The notes under the pieces: model-generated
The model's database searches: none
Told to the model about the DNA's origin: nothing
The model's input: the letters and a program-made list of their open reading frames with translations, nothing else
Program-made: the position numbers and the translations under genes
Assembly (NCBI GenBank): GCA_964016885.1
Contig: OZ024743.1
Span: forward strand, 110,856,001 to 110,920,000
Direction: 5' to 3'
Source: Eledone cirrhosa
Lineage: Eukaryota
DNA length: 64,000 bases
In this document: piece by piece, positions 1 through 14,066 of the stretch
Layout: every line of letters begins with the position of its first letter
Position numbering within the stretch: position 1 is the first letter of the stretch

Positions 1-2361
1 GTGTTGCGAAAAGCCGTTAACAACCGCTGAAGTACGGGATGCAATGACTAGTTGCACAAGGGGTAAATCGCCTGGTTTGCATGGTCTGCCCTATGAACTT
101 TACTTACAAATGCCAAACTTGTTCGGAGGCCTCTTGGCGGACGTCTACTGCAACTGGCTACAGAACGGGAGAATTCCCAGCTCTGTGAGCCGAGGAGCGG
201 TGGCGCTGCTGAGAAAGGATCCGAACAAGGGGGATAACATAGATAATTTTAGGCCCATAACTCTGCAAAACACAGAGTTCAAGATTTTGGCCAAGGTGCT
301 AGCAAAGAGGTTGGCGCTTGTCGTTGGTGGTCTGGTGGGAGAGGCACAGACATGCGCCATTCCCGACAGATCCATCCACGACAACCTCCACCTCATGCGA
401 TACATCGTAGAGAGGGTAGCTAGGGAACCTGTCACGGGTGGGTCTTTGATCAATTTAGATCTGTCGAAAACCTTCGATTGGGTCGACCATCGTTACCTAG
501 AGGCAGTCCTGAGGGCAGCTGGCTTTGGGCCCGTCTTCAGAGGCTGGATCGCTGCCATGCACAGCAACATCTGCTCTGTAGTGAGAGTGAACGGTCACCT
601 TTCGGAACCGTTCAACATCATGCGCTCGGTCCGCCAAGGATGTCCCCTCTCGTCCCTATTGTACGTATTGACTCTCGAGCCATTACTGCACAAACTGGAG
701 ACGTTGAGGGGGATCCCGCGCGAACTAGGATGCGGAAGATCCGTGTCAGCATATGCCGACGATGTCACCGTAGTGGTGTCGAACGCCAAACACATCGAGG
801 CGATCGGCACTACACTAAGAGACTACGAAGCGGTGACAGGGGCAATGATCAACCAGGAAAAGTCAGTGGACCTGCAGCTCGGCACCTGGAGAGGCAGGTC
901 CATGCCGTCCAACAGCGTCGTCGGGCGCTGGACAGACGGACCGGTTAAATTGCTAGGGGTCTGGTTCGGTCCAGACCTCCAGACGGACAAAAACTGGGAC
1001 GAGGTGACGAGCAGGGTGGCTTCTCTCACCCAGAAATGGGCCGAGAGGAAGCTATCCCTGAAAGGTCGAGCGGAGGTGGCTAACGCGTACATCGCGTCCG
1101 TCATCTACTACCGCTTGACCGTCGTACCTTGTCCTAAGCCCCGCCTAACTGCGCTGGAGCGTTTGCTCTTTCGCTTCTTGTGGAAAGGACGCGCTCCGAT
1201 GGTCAGGCTGTCCATCTGCTGTCAACACCCGCTACGTGGAGGGCTGGGCAAGCCGTGGCTGATGATGCGCAGACCCGCGCTCATGCTACGGCATCTCCAC
1301 CTTTTCCTCGACGGTGATCAAGTGTGGTCGCCGTTTGCTAGGCACGTTTTTCCCCAGCTCGTCTCCTTGACGGAGCTGCAGTCCTGGGTCAAGCGAAGAC
1401 CGAGAGGGAGCGCTTGGAGACTGGAATGTCTTCAGGCGCTCACAGCCCTCGACCAATCGGGCAATGTGATCGGTGGAAACTCCACCTTGGCTTTCTATAG
1501 GGGATTAGTGGAGGGGAAGTGCGACGACGTACTTGGAGAAACTCTAGGCGGCGACGAAAATCAACTAACCAATCTCTTCGGAAGGATTTTCGGGCCGGGG
1601 CCTATGCACAGCTTCCAGAAATCCCTGGCCTGGCAGTGCTACCGGGGTGCTTTGCCAGTTCGGGATAAACTCTATAGGCATGGAGGTGCCGTCAGCCGGG
1701 CATGTCCGAGATGCGCACAGGGCGACGAAACCGTCCTGCACGCACTCGTCCAGTGTCCGAGCATAGCTGACTTGTGGGTTTATGTCGAACACCTGTTGTC
1801 ACGTGTAGGACGGATCCAGCTCTCAGCTGAGTCCATCGTGAGGATTGCCCCGCCCTCTTCCTTTAGCCGGGAAGGGCAGGCAGTTTTTATCTGTCTGGTG
1901 GCCATGGCGAAAGAGATAGTATGGTGGACACGTTTGAAAGGGCTGAAGACGAGCACTTACCTCTTCGGTGATGCCCTGATTAACTTTTTCAAATTTCATC
2001 TGAAAAGGAAAATCAGGGTAGAGAGGGAAGTGCTCTCTTCCCAGCATTTTGTTGAATGATGGGTGAGAGAAGCAAGTATGGCCCGAATGAATGGGCCTTC
2101 TCTGAGTATGTGTCTGTAAATTAAAGGTGGAAAACTGGGAGAGGGCACTTGCCCTGGTGGTCAGGGCCACTGTGGTCTTTTAATGGGCTTTCTCCACAAA
2201 TGTCCCTCGGAAGTCTCCCCTCTATTGGGGAATTTTTCTTTGTTATTTTATTTCATCCTCTGTTTTTTTACACGCAGAAATGCCCATTTGTACCGTCCTG
2301 TTTTGTCCTGTACTGTCCTTAATGTCTACTTTATGTAAACCCTTGTGGTTAATAAAGAAAA

Positions 2362-2362
<1 letters not shown>
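1..2362 (+). mobile_element. Tx1/L1-clade non-LTR retrotransposon, 3' portion (runs off window start), ending at an (ATT)n tract
   Basis: Contains the RT ORF 44..2059 and a 3' UTR ending CCCTTGTGGTTAATAAAGAAAAC, followed by (ATT)n at 2363-2401. Homologous to the minus-strand copies at 28.8-34.5 kb and 39.3-45.0 kb, which carry the APE endonuclease and ORF1. Confidence 0.9.
44..2059 (+). CDS. Tx1-like ORF2, C-terminal part: reverse transcriptase plus C-terminal Zn-binding domain
   Basis: Motifs KSPGLHGLP, FRPITL, LDLSKTFD, VRQGCPLS, AYADDV, KLLGV and CPRC...ETVLHALVQC. The true ORF2 starts upstream of the window, so ATG 44 is internal. Confidence 0.9.
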   Translation: MTSCTRGKSPGLHGLPYELYLQMPNLFGGLLADVYCNWLQNGRIPSSVSRGAVALLRKDPNKGDNIDNFRPITLQNTEFKILAKVLAKRLALVVGGLVGEAQTCAIPDRSIHDNLHLMRYIVERVAREPVTGGSLINLDLSKTFDWVDHRYLEAVLRAAGFGPVFRGWIAAMHSNICSVVRVNGHLSEPFNIMRSVRQGCPLSSLLYVLTLEPLLHKLETLRGIPRELGCGRSVSAYADDVTVVVSNAKHIEAIGTTLRDYEAVTGAMINQEKSVDLQLGTWRGRSMPSNSVVGRWTDGPVKLLGVWFGPDLQTDKNWDEVTSRVASLTQKWAERKLSLKGRAEVANAYIASVIYYRLTVVPCPKPRLTALERLLFRFLWKGRAPMVRLSICCQHPLRGGLGKPWLMMRRPALMLRHLHLFLDGDQVWSPFARHVFPQLVSLTELQSWVKRRPRGSAWRLECLQALTALDQSGNVIGGNSTLAFYRGLVEGKCDDVLGETLGGDENQLTNLFGRIFGPGPMHSFQKSLAWQCYRGALPVRDKLYRHGGAVSRACPRCAQGDETVLHALVQCPSIADLWVYVEHLLSRVGRIQLSAESIVRIAPPSSFSREGQAVFICLVAMAKEIVWWTRLKGLKTSTYLFGDALINFFKFHLKRKIRVEREVLSSQHFVE

Positions 2363-2401
<39 letters not shown>

Positions 2402-2402
<1 letters not shown>

Positions 2403-2600
2403 GAGTCGGACGCCAAGCTTTGCAGCATAGAGTTACGGCCCTTTATTGTCTGAGTTCAAATCCCACCGAGGTTAACTTTGCATTTCATCCTTACGAGGTC
2501 GATGAAATAAAGTACCAGTCACGCACTGGGGTCGATTTAATCGACTTAACGAAAAGAAAATTGATGGCATTGTGCCTATATAAGAAACCAATATTATTTT
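2402..2600 (+). mobile_element. tRNA-derived SINE, head truncated
   Basis: B-box GAGTTCAAATCC and core GCATTTCATCCTTACGAGGTCGATGAAATAAAGTACCAGT, matching the full-length copy at 53812-54001. Confidence 0.8.
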
Positions 2601-4485
2601 TATTTAATGTTATAACTGCTGTAGCTGTTTTTGTTTTCATTGTTGTTATGTGCCAAGTTAACCTCACGAATTTACCAACAGTAATAATGATAATCTACAT
2701 TTAAGAGCAAACGAACAATCATATTTACACTGAAACACAGCCGCTCGCACAGCCAACAACCATTTTACCAATAAAAATAACGTCGGTAGCAATACTATTA
2801 CCAGCAACAACAATAATAGCATCATCATCATCATCATCATCACCAACTATAAAAACAACAAGGGATAACATGCATAAACGATGTTATTATACAAAGCATC
2901 GTAATAAAGCAGGCACGTCACTCTGAATATATAATAGCAAAGCTGACATCCGAGCATAGTTATCTAGTAGATATGTCAAAGACATCTGTTTATAATTTCT
3001 CGCCAACTACAAAAAGATCAAAGCATAGCTAAAACTACATTTCTTCATATTATGACAGAAAGATGAATAAGCAATAAAGGGGGATAAAATCACATAATTA
3101 TATACTTTTAGTAAGTTATCTTATGTATCTATAGTTTGTCTTTGCTATTATTTGAGCTTTTTCTTTGAATGTCTTTGAGACAAGGTAAAAAACATAGGCA
3201 GGGAATTAAACACAGCTAGCTGTATTTATGTTTGGTAATCTATATTATTACTGAGAAGGATGCAAATCTTCTTTAAAGTCATCGTTGCTTTTAGTGTGTT
3301 TGATAATATTCATGGTAAATTTGCATAGACGAATATAAGCTTACAGCTGTAAATAGTTACGGGAGCAAATTTCGAAATATTTTGGTAACATTGGAGATGT
3401 GTGTACATGAACGTAGTAATATAGTTAATGGGAAAGAGAACATATAGAAGTTATGTTGTTTGGATTATATATTCTATATATTTTAAAGTTGGTTTATATT
3501 TCATTATCAGTATTTTCCTATACGTGTAAGGGAATCAAAGACATGATATTATCCATCTAATTCAAGTTTAATATGCATCTACCAGCTTAACATGCCTTGA
3601 GAACATCCAATATGAGACTGTAATTGCGAACAATTCAGAATTGAGTATTAATGGTGACCTGAATGTTACAGAATGGCAAATAATATTTAGTAATTGCGAT
3701 CGAAGATATTTCAAAAGATTTGTAATCAATATATACTTCCATGGAAGAAGGTTCTTGGAACGAAAAGTAGACATGTAGGTGGAGGTAATGAGCTTGTAAG
3801 TGAGGGACACAGAGAAAGACAGTTATTGATTGGATATACACATACATCCGATGGAATAAATCCTAGAATTTCCTAGTGATACTCTTAGCACGAAAATATA
3901 TTTCTTTTGAACATTCCCTCTAATTTATGAGTACTAATATGGATTAATTACATGGACATATACCGTGAATTATTATGTATTATATAACTAAATTATGTAA
4001 CATGGATATACATTATTCTGCTTTATGTACATCCATTCACTATAGCATTAATCGTGCAAATAATATGAAATATATTCAGTTAGATATCGAAGCTGTCTCT
4101 TGACCGATTCCTCTTACTTGAATCATGAATAAATGGGCAATATGTGTCCAATATTATTCTACGTGTGCCTTTAGCATAATCCAGTTCTCAGTTTGCTGAA
4201 AACCATTTCAATTCATTGTTAATACATTTAGGATAACCATGAACATTACAATACTCCTGGTGCCTACTATGATATTGTATTTATATGCAGGTAATGTATA
4301 TGGTAAGACATCTATAATACTGTAGGTCCTAAAGCAAGTGCCCAATTATTCACTCCCGGTTGCATTAAACAAAATGACAGGAGTGAATGTGAAAGTGACT
4401 TATAATGTTAGTGCAATTTCCTTTTCTTCTTCTTCTTTTTCACATCTTACTCTCCACATTTCTTCACCGTGATCATCATATGTAT

Positions 4486-4488
4486 CTG

Positions 4489-4542
<54 letters not shown>

Positions 4543-4655
4543 TATTATATTTCTACTGATCTTAATTGTTATCGCCATCATCACCACCGTCCTCATCCTC
4601 CTCATCCTCCTCCTAATCATCATATTCACCATCATCATCATTATCATCATTACCA
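4486..4655. repeat. Compound microsatellite (CTA)n + (CCT/CAT)n
   Basis: Direct reading. Confidence 0.95.
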
Positions 4656-5536
4656 TCTGTATTTTTCTTTTTACAGCTCATTTCCACTAGATCTTGCAAT
4701 ACAACAATAATTCACCTCGTAGTAGTGTTGTTTCACTCAACACAATGTTCTAACAACACTTGGTGTTGTTATCTATCAAAAAGTGATAATACAACATATA
4801 TTATGAAAGTGGGAACGGGTGTTAAATTACAATAAAATTAGGCCCAATGAAATATCAAATCATAATGTTGTGTTTCACAATGTAAAATCAGACTTCTCAG
4901 AGATTAACAGATTTCAGTTGTAATGTTTTAGATTGAAATTTATCTTGAATTATATACAATAGTCAAGAAGGAATTAATTCGTTATATTTCCTTCGTTATA
5001 TTAATTCGTTATATTTCCTTCATCAATTTCCTTGAGGAAATTCTTCAAATATTCTTTAGATTATATGCTTAAAGGCATTAACTGCATTGTTTGTAACATG
5101 AACATATTCAACACTTATAATAATTAAGGTATCTCATTCTAAATTGTATGTTTACATGAAAGGTTCATTCCATTTGCCTATATATTTAAGTATAGGCTTT
5201 TATGAAGAGAGATGAGGCTACGATTGAAATGTAGAAATTTCCAATTATCTCTGACGCTAAGATCACATGCTTTGGAGATTTACACGTAACATATTCCCTT
5301 CTTTCGTTTCTATTCCATTTCATTAGTTGAATGTCAGAGGCTCGGTCGGATTTTTAATGTCAACTAAAGTAATCAAGACAACTCAACTTTCGTAAGACAG
5401 AAAATAGCTGTGAAATATATACAATTACTTCACTTGCGGCTCCACTGTACACACGCTCTTACACAGTTACACGCATATATACATACATACATATATATAC
5501 AGACATACATAAACTCACACAAACATACAGATATAT

Positions 5537-5662
<126 letters not shown>

Positions 5663-8600
5663 AGGGAGTATATAGGGGGGGGGGGTTAGAAATGGGGAGA
5701 TAGGGAGAGAGTGACAATGAGAACTATAAACGACGGCGCACTAACTTCCATCGCAATTGTGTTAATATAATATTCTTACATGAGAGATAGAAAGGTGGGA
5801 AAATATAGTCATGGGGAGAAGAAGACTAAGGTATAGAAGTAATATTTGTGCGATTTTTTTGACAGTTTGTCAAATTATACTCACATACAGAGTGAACGAT
5901 TATATACTAATTTTAATTTTCCTAAAGTGTCGTATTTTATAGAAGTTAGAGAAAGAATAAAGGCTACATATGTCGAATTATTTGGATTTATCCTATATAC
6001 ACTCTCTGAATATTCATTTTCGTACAATATCCCGTCTTTATATAGTCCATATTGAACAATGTAATTCCCACTGCTTATATATCAATTATTCCTCTCTTCT
6101 GGAGTTCATTCTCTTAGAAGGCATTCATCAGAAACTTCACGAAGTACGCAACATTGCTTTCAAAAGAGGAGAAAATTCTATCAAAATCGAAGATTTAAGG
6201 TCCAGATGTGTCTCAATTCCTCAGGTAATATGTCTACTCAATACAATAGTATATCATATAATATTAATGTTGTTGGTTTTTCCTTCCGTATAAAGATATT
6301 GTTAAAATAACATATAATCGAAGTAGACAACTTATGGTGTATGATTATCATAAACTATAATTGTACGTGATGGCTAATCTCAAAACTACTGGTAACGTTT
6401 CGTAAATAATTAATAGTCTGTGAACGATAATGACCAGATAATAATATGATTCATAGAAACCAACGATACGACTAATCAGCTCATGAAATGACATTTTCTG
6501 GATTATTTGTCTGTAAAATTTATAATGCGTCCCCAGGTGGAATTGTCAACAATATTGACAAACTAACGCAACAGTCTTAATAAATAGTCTAATGTTTCTA
6601 GTCTGTAAATACATTTTACAATTCAAAAAGTGTTATTACTGCTTTCCTAATATATGTGACACGTAGTCACGTTACATTGCAATTTTATTGCAATATATTC
6701 AACATTAACCTCAGGGTAATGTGTCCTATCTTATATGTGTTCAGTAATCTTCCGGATGTTACGATATGTTTCCAAAATAAATTGACATTTTCAACCAAAG
6801 GGTGAATATTATTAATTGGTATTGGTTTATATCAATTAAAATGTATAACTCATATCGTATGTTGTAGAAATCTTCTGCTGTGTCATCTACGGCAGTCAAT
6901 TCTACAATGTCAGCATCGCGTGCTGCCTAAGTGTTTGCCATTCACATTTCTATAATGTTTACCTTACTATTTTGATTTCATTGGAATTGGAACGACACGA
7001 CTGATAAAATTGTAGATTTATACAAGTTTCGAAGCTCGAGTCTTATACACATTTGCATTACATATGACATCTGTGACGTGAATGATTTTCTACCGATTCG
7101 AAAGCCTATTTAGACCATTGGATATTTCTTCTTTGTCTCTGAATTCTGAGGTCAAATTACACTGAAGTTAATTTTCCTTCCATCATTTCGTGAGCAATAA
7201 GGAAAATACCAGCTTGAATATTTTGCTGGATCACTGAAGTATTGTTAAAGCGTGTATCTATCTGCCCACAAGTACAAATGCATCTGATATGTTTAGTAAA
7301 TGCAAGTGACCGCTGTAGTAAGTAGTAGTACATAACTCTTAATGTACTAAATTATGTATTTGTACGTTACATTACCATTCCATTTGACACAAACGTTGCG
7401 ATACTATATGTATACCCATATGTAATCAAGGGTCTTCTATATATTTCGTTCGACGTATAACTTGATGAGTTTATGGTCTTGGAGAATCATAGTTTCGTTG
7501 ATACAAGCGGTTAGGTGCAAGTTCAAAATGATAGTTCCAAATTTATATTTTATTGAACTGCTATGTATGTCAATAAATACATGTAAATAAATATCAACAT
7601 TTTAAAACATCCAGTTGGGAAAGTGAAACATGGCTAATTGTTTTAAACTGCTCACATATATGGCTCCAACATATTTTCAGACTGTAAACCCGCGTATAAT
7701 TCTTTCATTCCATACGATACATGGAACACATGTTCAATGCGGCTACCAACTCTCTCACTATTCTCTCTTTCCTTTTGTCCCCAGCCTTTCTCTGTGGGTT
7801 GTACCTAAAACATTGCATCTGCACATTAATTACATAAAGCAATATTACTTTTGATTGTACACACCAGTGTTCATCATTGAAACGGAATACACTATTTCTC
7901 ATATAGCAGGCTACTCTAGAGGATATTATAGTAGGTGGAGAGGGTTTAAAGCAATTAAAGCAAGTGAATCAAATATTTTTTTATATCGAAATAGTTGTGC
8001 TTAAATTATTAATATAATCCGATAAATCGTGGACCTGCAGGTGGAACGTGTCTTTCAAAGTTGAAGAACTTGGTATGGTTTTATAGCTGATAAGTTGACA
8101 ATGCATGCAATTTTTCTCTCACCTCTCATCTATGCTGTCAAGAAACGTCAAAGACGAATACCGATTGTTTCTTGTGAACTCACATTTGAACAAATAATGT
8201 GAAGAGTCCAATGTCATAACGCAAAGCAGCACTTCTGGCGTTCTATCAATTTCGCCAGTCTAGTGTTTTTGCCTGACGGTTGACGTATCAACTACAAAAG
8301 AATTAAGTTTAATGGTTATTTTAGCGACCTTGCACTCAGGTGTTATGTAGATACCAGCAGGCGTTTAATTAGACATTTTTATGAATCTCTCAATTCACCG
8401 CTTTGTTAATTTTATGTTATGTATGTGCATTATAATTATACTTTCATCTAAAAGTAAAACGAGTTATTGTCCCTTTAAATACCAGAAACTGAAATAACGG
8501 GTCGAATGCAGTAGATTTCAATTAAATTTGGTAGTTATGATGGTAATCGTTCCATATAACTTCATGAATTTCCTAATATGGCGGTTGGTTGAAAAGCACA

Positions 8601-10291
8601 TAGACTGAAAAGATTCATATGCTGACGAATATATTCTCTAGAAATAAACAATGCAGTTACTAATAAGATGATTTGAAAATAATGCATGGAAAATTTCACA
8701 GCTCTAGCATGATTCCTTTGTAGATAATCGATGAAATGTTCAACTCTCTTAATGCTGTCGAGTGACGAATCATATGCATCACTATATGATCCCTAAGTTA
8801 ATAAAACACAAAGTACCAGTTATATAATGAAGGTTAGATGTAGCATATTGTAGTATAATGCATTTGCACTGTTTTCAAAATTGAATCGAATCAAAAACGT
8901 TCATTTTGTGTTGCGATGAAAATTGTTTCATTAGTCATCCAGAATTGAAAGTGTAACCTCCAATAAATTAAAAAGATGTAACTCCGCAACATACGAGAAA
9001 AAGTTTAGTTAGAGACCTTTTGAGATATCTAATTAGTGTAACATATTAAATCTGAGTGATAACTTCGTAAATTTTACATGTAGGAATTGAATAGAACTAA
9101 AAAATTTCGTTTAGAAATGTTTGTAAAATTCAAAATGAGATGAGACAACAACACAAATGCTGGAACTTAAGTCGATTTGGGAGCATGGGGTTAGGAAACG
9201 TTGCTGTTGGTGTTAATTTCAATTTCTAGTAATTGCTGTGAAAATAAGTAGGCGCTCATCATGCCACAGGTTGGATGTTAAACGTTAGTTTAAATTAGCG
9301 AATGTGTAAATGAATCATGTGTTTTCGGCTCATAGTTTTCGTTCCATTCTATTGTAATTGACATTTATTATTGCTACAATTTTCCAGCCGTATTTCAATG
9401 TTGCGTGTTCTTTCTATATTTCCTTTTGTTTCCTTATTTTCTCTGTTCGTTTAAATATTCTCGATAATTCATCTTCGACAATTTGTCTTCTGAGAACTTT
9501 CTGTTTGCTTCGTATATGTCTCTGCACCCAATACCACGGCTCACTGTATCACACTCTATTACTCACTCCCAATTTCCGTAATTAGATTGTAACCTGTAAT
9601 TGCATATTCATGTTCTCGGGCATCAGTAATATTTCACAATTTCGAAAATTTATTGTCCAGATATTAATTCAAAATATTCATCTCGCCTTTAAGGCCACTT
9701 TAGTCATAAACACTGTCAAATATTTTCTAAATCATTAATCCTTTTCTCAAACTCAAATCTTGTGTTAAAATGATACCAAACATTTTAGTCTATTCATTTG
9801 GTCTATTCCGAGTGAATTACAGATCCATATATCAATATTTCTTTGCCGTTACCCTCCTTCCATACATCTCTTTGTATGTATGTATGCATACATTTATATA
9901 TGTATGCATGTATGTATGCATGTAAGTTTGTTTCTTTCCGAGTGTGGATAAATATTACGATTTATCGAACCGTTTTGATGAATTCAAATTTGAAAGGTTG
10001 AACTATAAACTTAGAAACACAACAAATGGGAGTAGCCATATAATATCGGGTGAGATATTTACGCACAGAAAGACGTTGCAGCAAAATATACAGAGGAGTG
10101 AACTTTGCATCTGTTGAATTTCAGCAAAGTACGTTACCATTAGACAGCTGGTATTTCAGGTATTCGTAATACCAGATATACATATTTCCTCCAGTGACTG
10201 CTGGCTATATAATTCTGAACCTAAGTTCATTATACAGTGTATCCCTACACTATTATCGTTAATAGGGTTTCACAGTTTGAGTATCAATGTT

Positions 10292-10333
<42 letters not shown>

Positions 10334-10335
10334 CT

Positions 10336-10366
<31 letters not shown>

Positions 10367-10389
10367 CATATATAAGAAGAAGAAGTGAT

Positions 10390-10698
10390 AGACACAGGTA
10401 TATACCAATTTGTTCCCAAAGTCCCGACTGTTAAGTTTCGCTGGGCAGTTTGCAACAATTAAAATTTACAGATGTACACTATCCTTGAGGCACACCAGCT
10501 TATCAAGGAACTCCTGAGGGAGAGAACGCTTTCAAAACACGTTCGCAGCAAGTGAGAACACCTCAAAGGCGGAGGGAGAAATTATCAAGTGGTGCCTCGC
10601 AACGATATTGCACATCTATAGTGGAAAATTGTTGCGAACAGACCAGCGAAACTGTACAGTCGGGACTTTGAAGAAAAAAATAGGTATATATCTGTGTG
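10390..10698. repeat. ~310 bp element with ~100 bp imperfect terminal inverted repeats between (TA)n tracts (MITE-like or PLE fold-back)
   Basis: CAAAGTCCCGACTGTTAAGTTTCGCTGG (~10418) is the near reverse complement of CCAGCGAAACTGTACAGTCGGGACTTTG (~10643). Similarity extends on both sides. Confidence 0.7.
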
Positions 10699-10712
10699 TA
10701 TTTCTTTTTTCT

Positions 10713-10783
<71 letters not shown>

Positions 10784-10802
10784 TATAGTTTTAATATAGA
10801 AG

Positions 10803-10853
10803 AGATTCTACAGGACTAGAACTGTTTCATTCATTAGAAATCATCAGGAATCT
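10803..10853 (-). ncRNA. Type I hammerhead ribozyme (family C), intact core
   Basis: Minus strand: AGATTC-CTGATGA-t ttc taat gaa t-GAAA-cag ttctagtc ctg-TA-GAATCT. Stem I 6 bp, stem II 3 bp, stem III 3 bp plus A-U, GUA cleavage triplet. Confidence 0.85.
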
Positions 10854-11399
10854 GGGTATCAAAAAATAAATATGGTATTTATAGGTCTCTACAAGTGGTA
10901 GGAGAGGGTGGGGAGTGGGATGGGTGCAGGTCATTGGTTGATAGAGAAGGGAATTCATTAAAGGCTAATTCTACATAGCTATAGTTAATTTATATTTATT
11001 TATGTTTTTAGAGTAACAAAGGCAGACAGGAATCTATAAACAAGTTCCGGATGGCATACCATTCCTTGTCAATAAGTTTCTCTTAAGCTAGCAGATGTCT
11101 ATAAAATCAGTGGGGGGTCATTCATGCTCGATAGAATTAAAGAAAAGGGAGATTCTTTAAAAGCTAAAGTCATTAAGTTCTGCTAAGTGACAAAGGTCTA
11201 GGGAATTCTGCAGACAGATTCAAAATACTGAGTGCATATCTTACTATTATCTTCGAACTTCTCTTAAACTAATCAACAATATGCCAAATCAACAGACACA
11301 TTCACAAAAAACCCCCCAAAAAACCAAAAAACCAGAAAAACAAAAAAAAAACCACACCTAAAAAAAACCCCAAAAAACACACATACTCACTCACACACT

Positions 11400-11580
11400 T
11401 ACGCGCAACCATAAACACACACATAAACACAAATACACACATAAAAACACACACACATATATAAAAAAAAAAAAATTATATAAATATATACAAATATATA
11501 TTCATGTACACGCACATACATACACACATACATACATACATACATATATAAAATACATATACACATATACATACGCACAC

Positions 11581-11662
<82 letters not shown>

Positions 11663-11789
11663 TACATACATACACACACATACATATACATATATACACA
11701 TATACATATATATACACACACATACACACACACACACATACATACATATATATATACACACATATATATACACACATACATATATATAC

Positions 11790-11840
<51 letters not shown>

Positions 11841-11846
11841 CATACA

Positions 11847-11888
<42 letters not shown>

Positions 11889-12045
11889 CACACACGGATA
11901 CACACACACATACACATACATACACACATACACACATATATATACACAAGTGAATACACTCACACGCATACATAGAAACACGAGTATACATATGTATAAA
12001 TATCTATACACACACACATACACACACATATATATATATATATAA

Positions 12046-12092
<47 letters not shown>

Positions 12093-12148
12093 CATATACA
12101 CACATACATACACACACACATACACATATATACACATACATACATATA

Positions 12149-12189
<41 letters not shown>

Positions 12190-12193
12190 ACAT

Positions 12194-12240
<47 letters not shown>

Positions 12241-12309
12241 CACATACATACACACACACACATATACACATACATATATATATAACTCTCTAAACACACA
12301 CATACAAAT

Positions 12310-12373
<64 letters not shown>

Positions 12374-12548
12374 GTATATATATATATATATATATACACA
12401 CACATATATATATACACACATACATACACATATCCATACATACACAAACATACACATGCATACACAGACCTATACATAAATATACACATATATATATACA
12501 GAGATATATAACGCACAAATACACACACATATATACATACACACACAT

Positions 12549-12612
<64 letters not shown>

Positions 12613-12785
12613 GCATACACACACACATACACACACACATATATATATATATATATATTTACACACACACACGCGTGCATACACACATACACACACCCAC
12701 ACACAAAATATATATACACACACACATTCTCTCTCTCATGCACATATATACATATATACATATACATACATATATATATATACAC

Positions 12786-12857
<72 letters not shown>

Positions 12858-13121
12858 ACATATATGTATGTATATATACACAGACACATACAAATACATA
12901 CATACACACACATACACATACACATACATACATACATATATATATATACATATATATACATATATATACATACACGCATGCATATACATATACACATACA
13001 TATACATACACATACGTACATACACACACACACATATATGTACATATACACTCACAAATACACACACATATATATATACACACATATATATACATATACA
13101 TACATACAAACACATACATAT

Positions 13122-13168
<47 letters not shown>

Positions 13169-13201
13169 CACACATATACACACATACACGCACACGCACA
13201 C

Positions 13202-13242
<41 letters not shown>

Positions 13243-13483
13243 TATATATATATATATACACATATATATATATATATACACACATAAACACATATATATA
13301 TATATATATATCCATATATACATACATACACATACATATATATATATATATACACACATACATACACATACATATACATACACACACATATATACAGACA
13401 AATATATACACACACACATATACAAACATACATATACATACACATACATACACACACTTATACATACACATACATATACGTAC

Positions 13484-13570
<87 letters not shown>

Positions 13571-13712
13571 TATACATATACATACATACACACACATACA
13601 TACATACATGCAAACATAAATACAGACACATACAAACATATACCTGCATAAGTATACACACATAAAACACGTATTCACACAAACATATATATATATATAC
13701 ACATATATACAT

Positions 13713-13761
<49 letters not shown>

Positions 13762-13772
13762 TACATACATAC

Positions 13773-13815
<43 letters not shown>

Positions 13816-13930
13816 CACATACATATATATATACACACACAACACATACACATATACACACATATACAAACAAATATATACACATACAAGTAAATAGGTA
13901 CTCAGTAAATATACGCATATACACAGGCAC
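11400..13930. repeat. ~2.5 kb degenerate (TA)n/(CA)n/(TACA)n compound microsatellite
   Basis: Direct reading. It is the source of the many YIYI/VCVC ORFs. Confidence 0.95.
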
Positions 13931-14066
13931 ATAAAGACACCTCTACAGGCAGAAAAAGTAGATACAAAAGAGGTACTCACATGACCATAGTGGCCGTATT
14001 TCAGGTTGAGGAGGGGTGGGGGTAGGGTGGGGAGGAGGTATAGGGGCCAATAGGGGGAGGTCGTTT

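Noticed and set aside
11399-13980. Long ORFs (up to 651 aa) rich in YIYI/VCVC/HTHT, also at 19.3-23.5, 52-53.7, 57-58 and 61.9-63.4 kb
   Set aside because: They are translations of TA/CA/TG microsatellites, which lack stop codons. Not genes.
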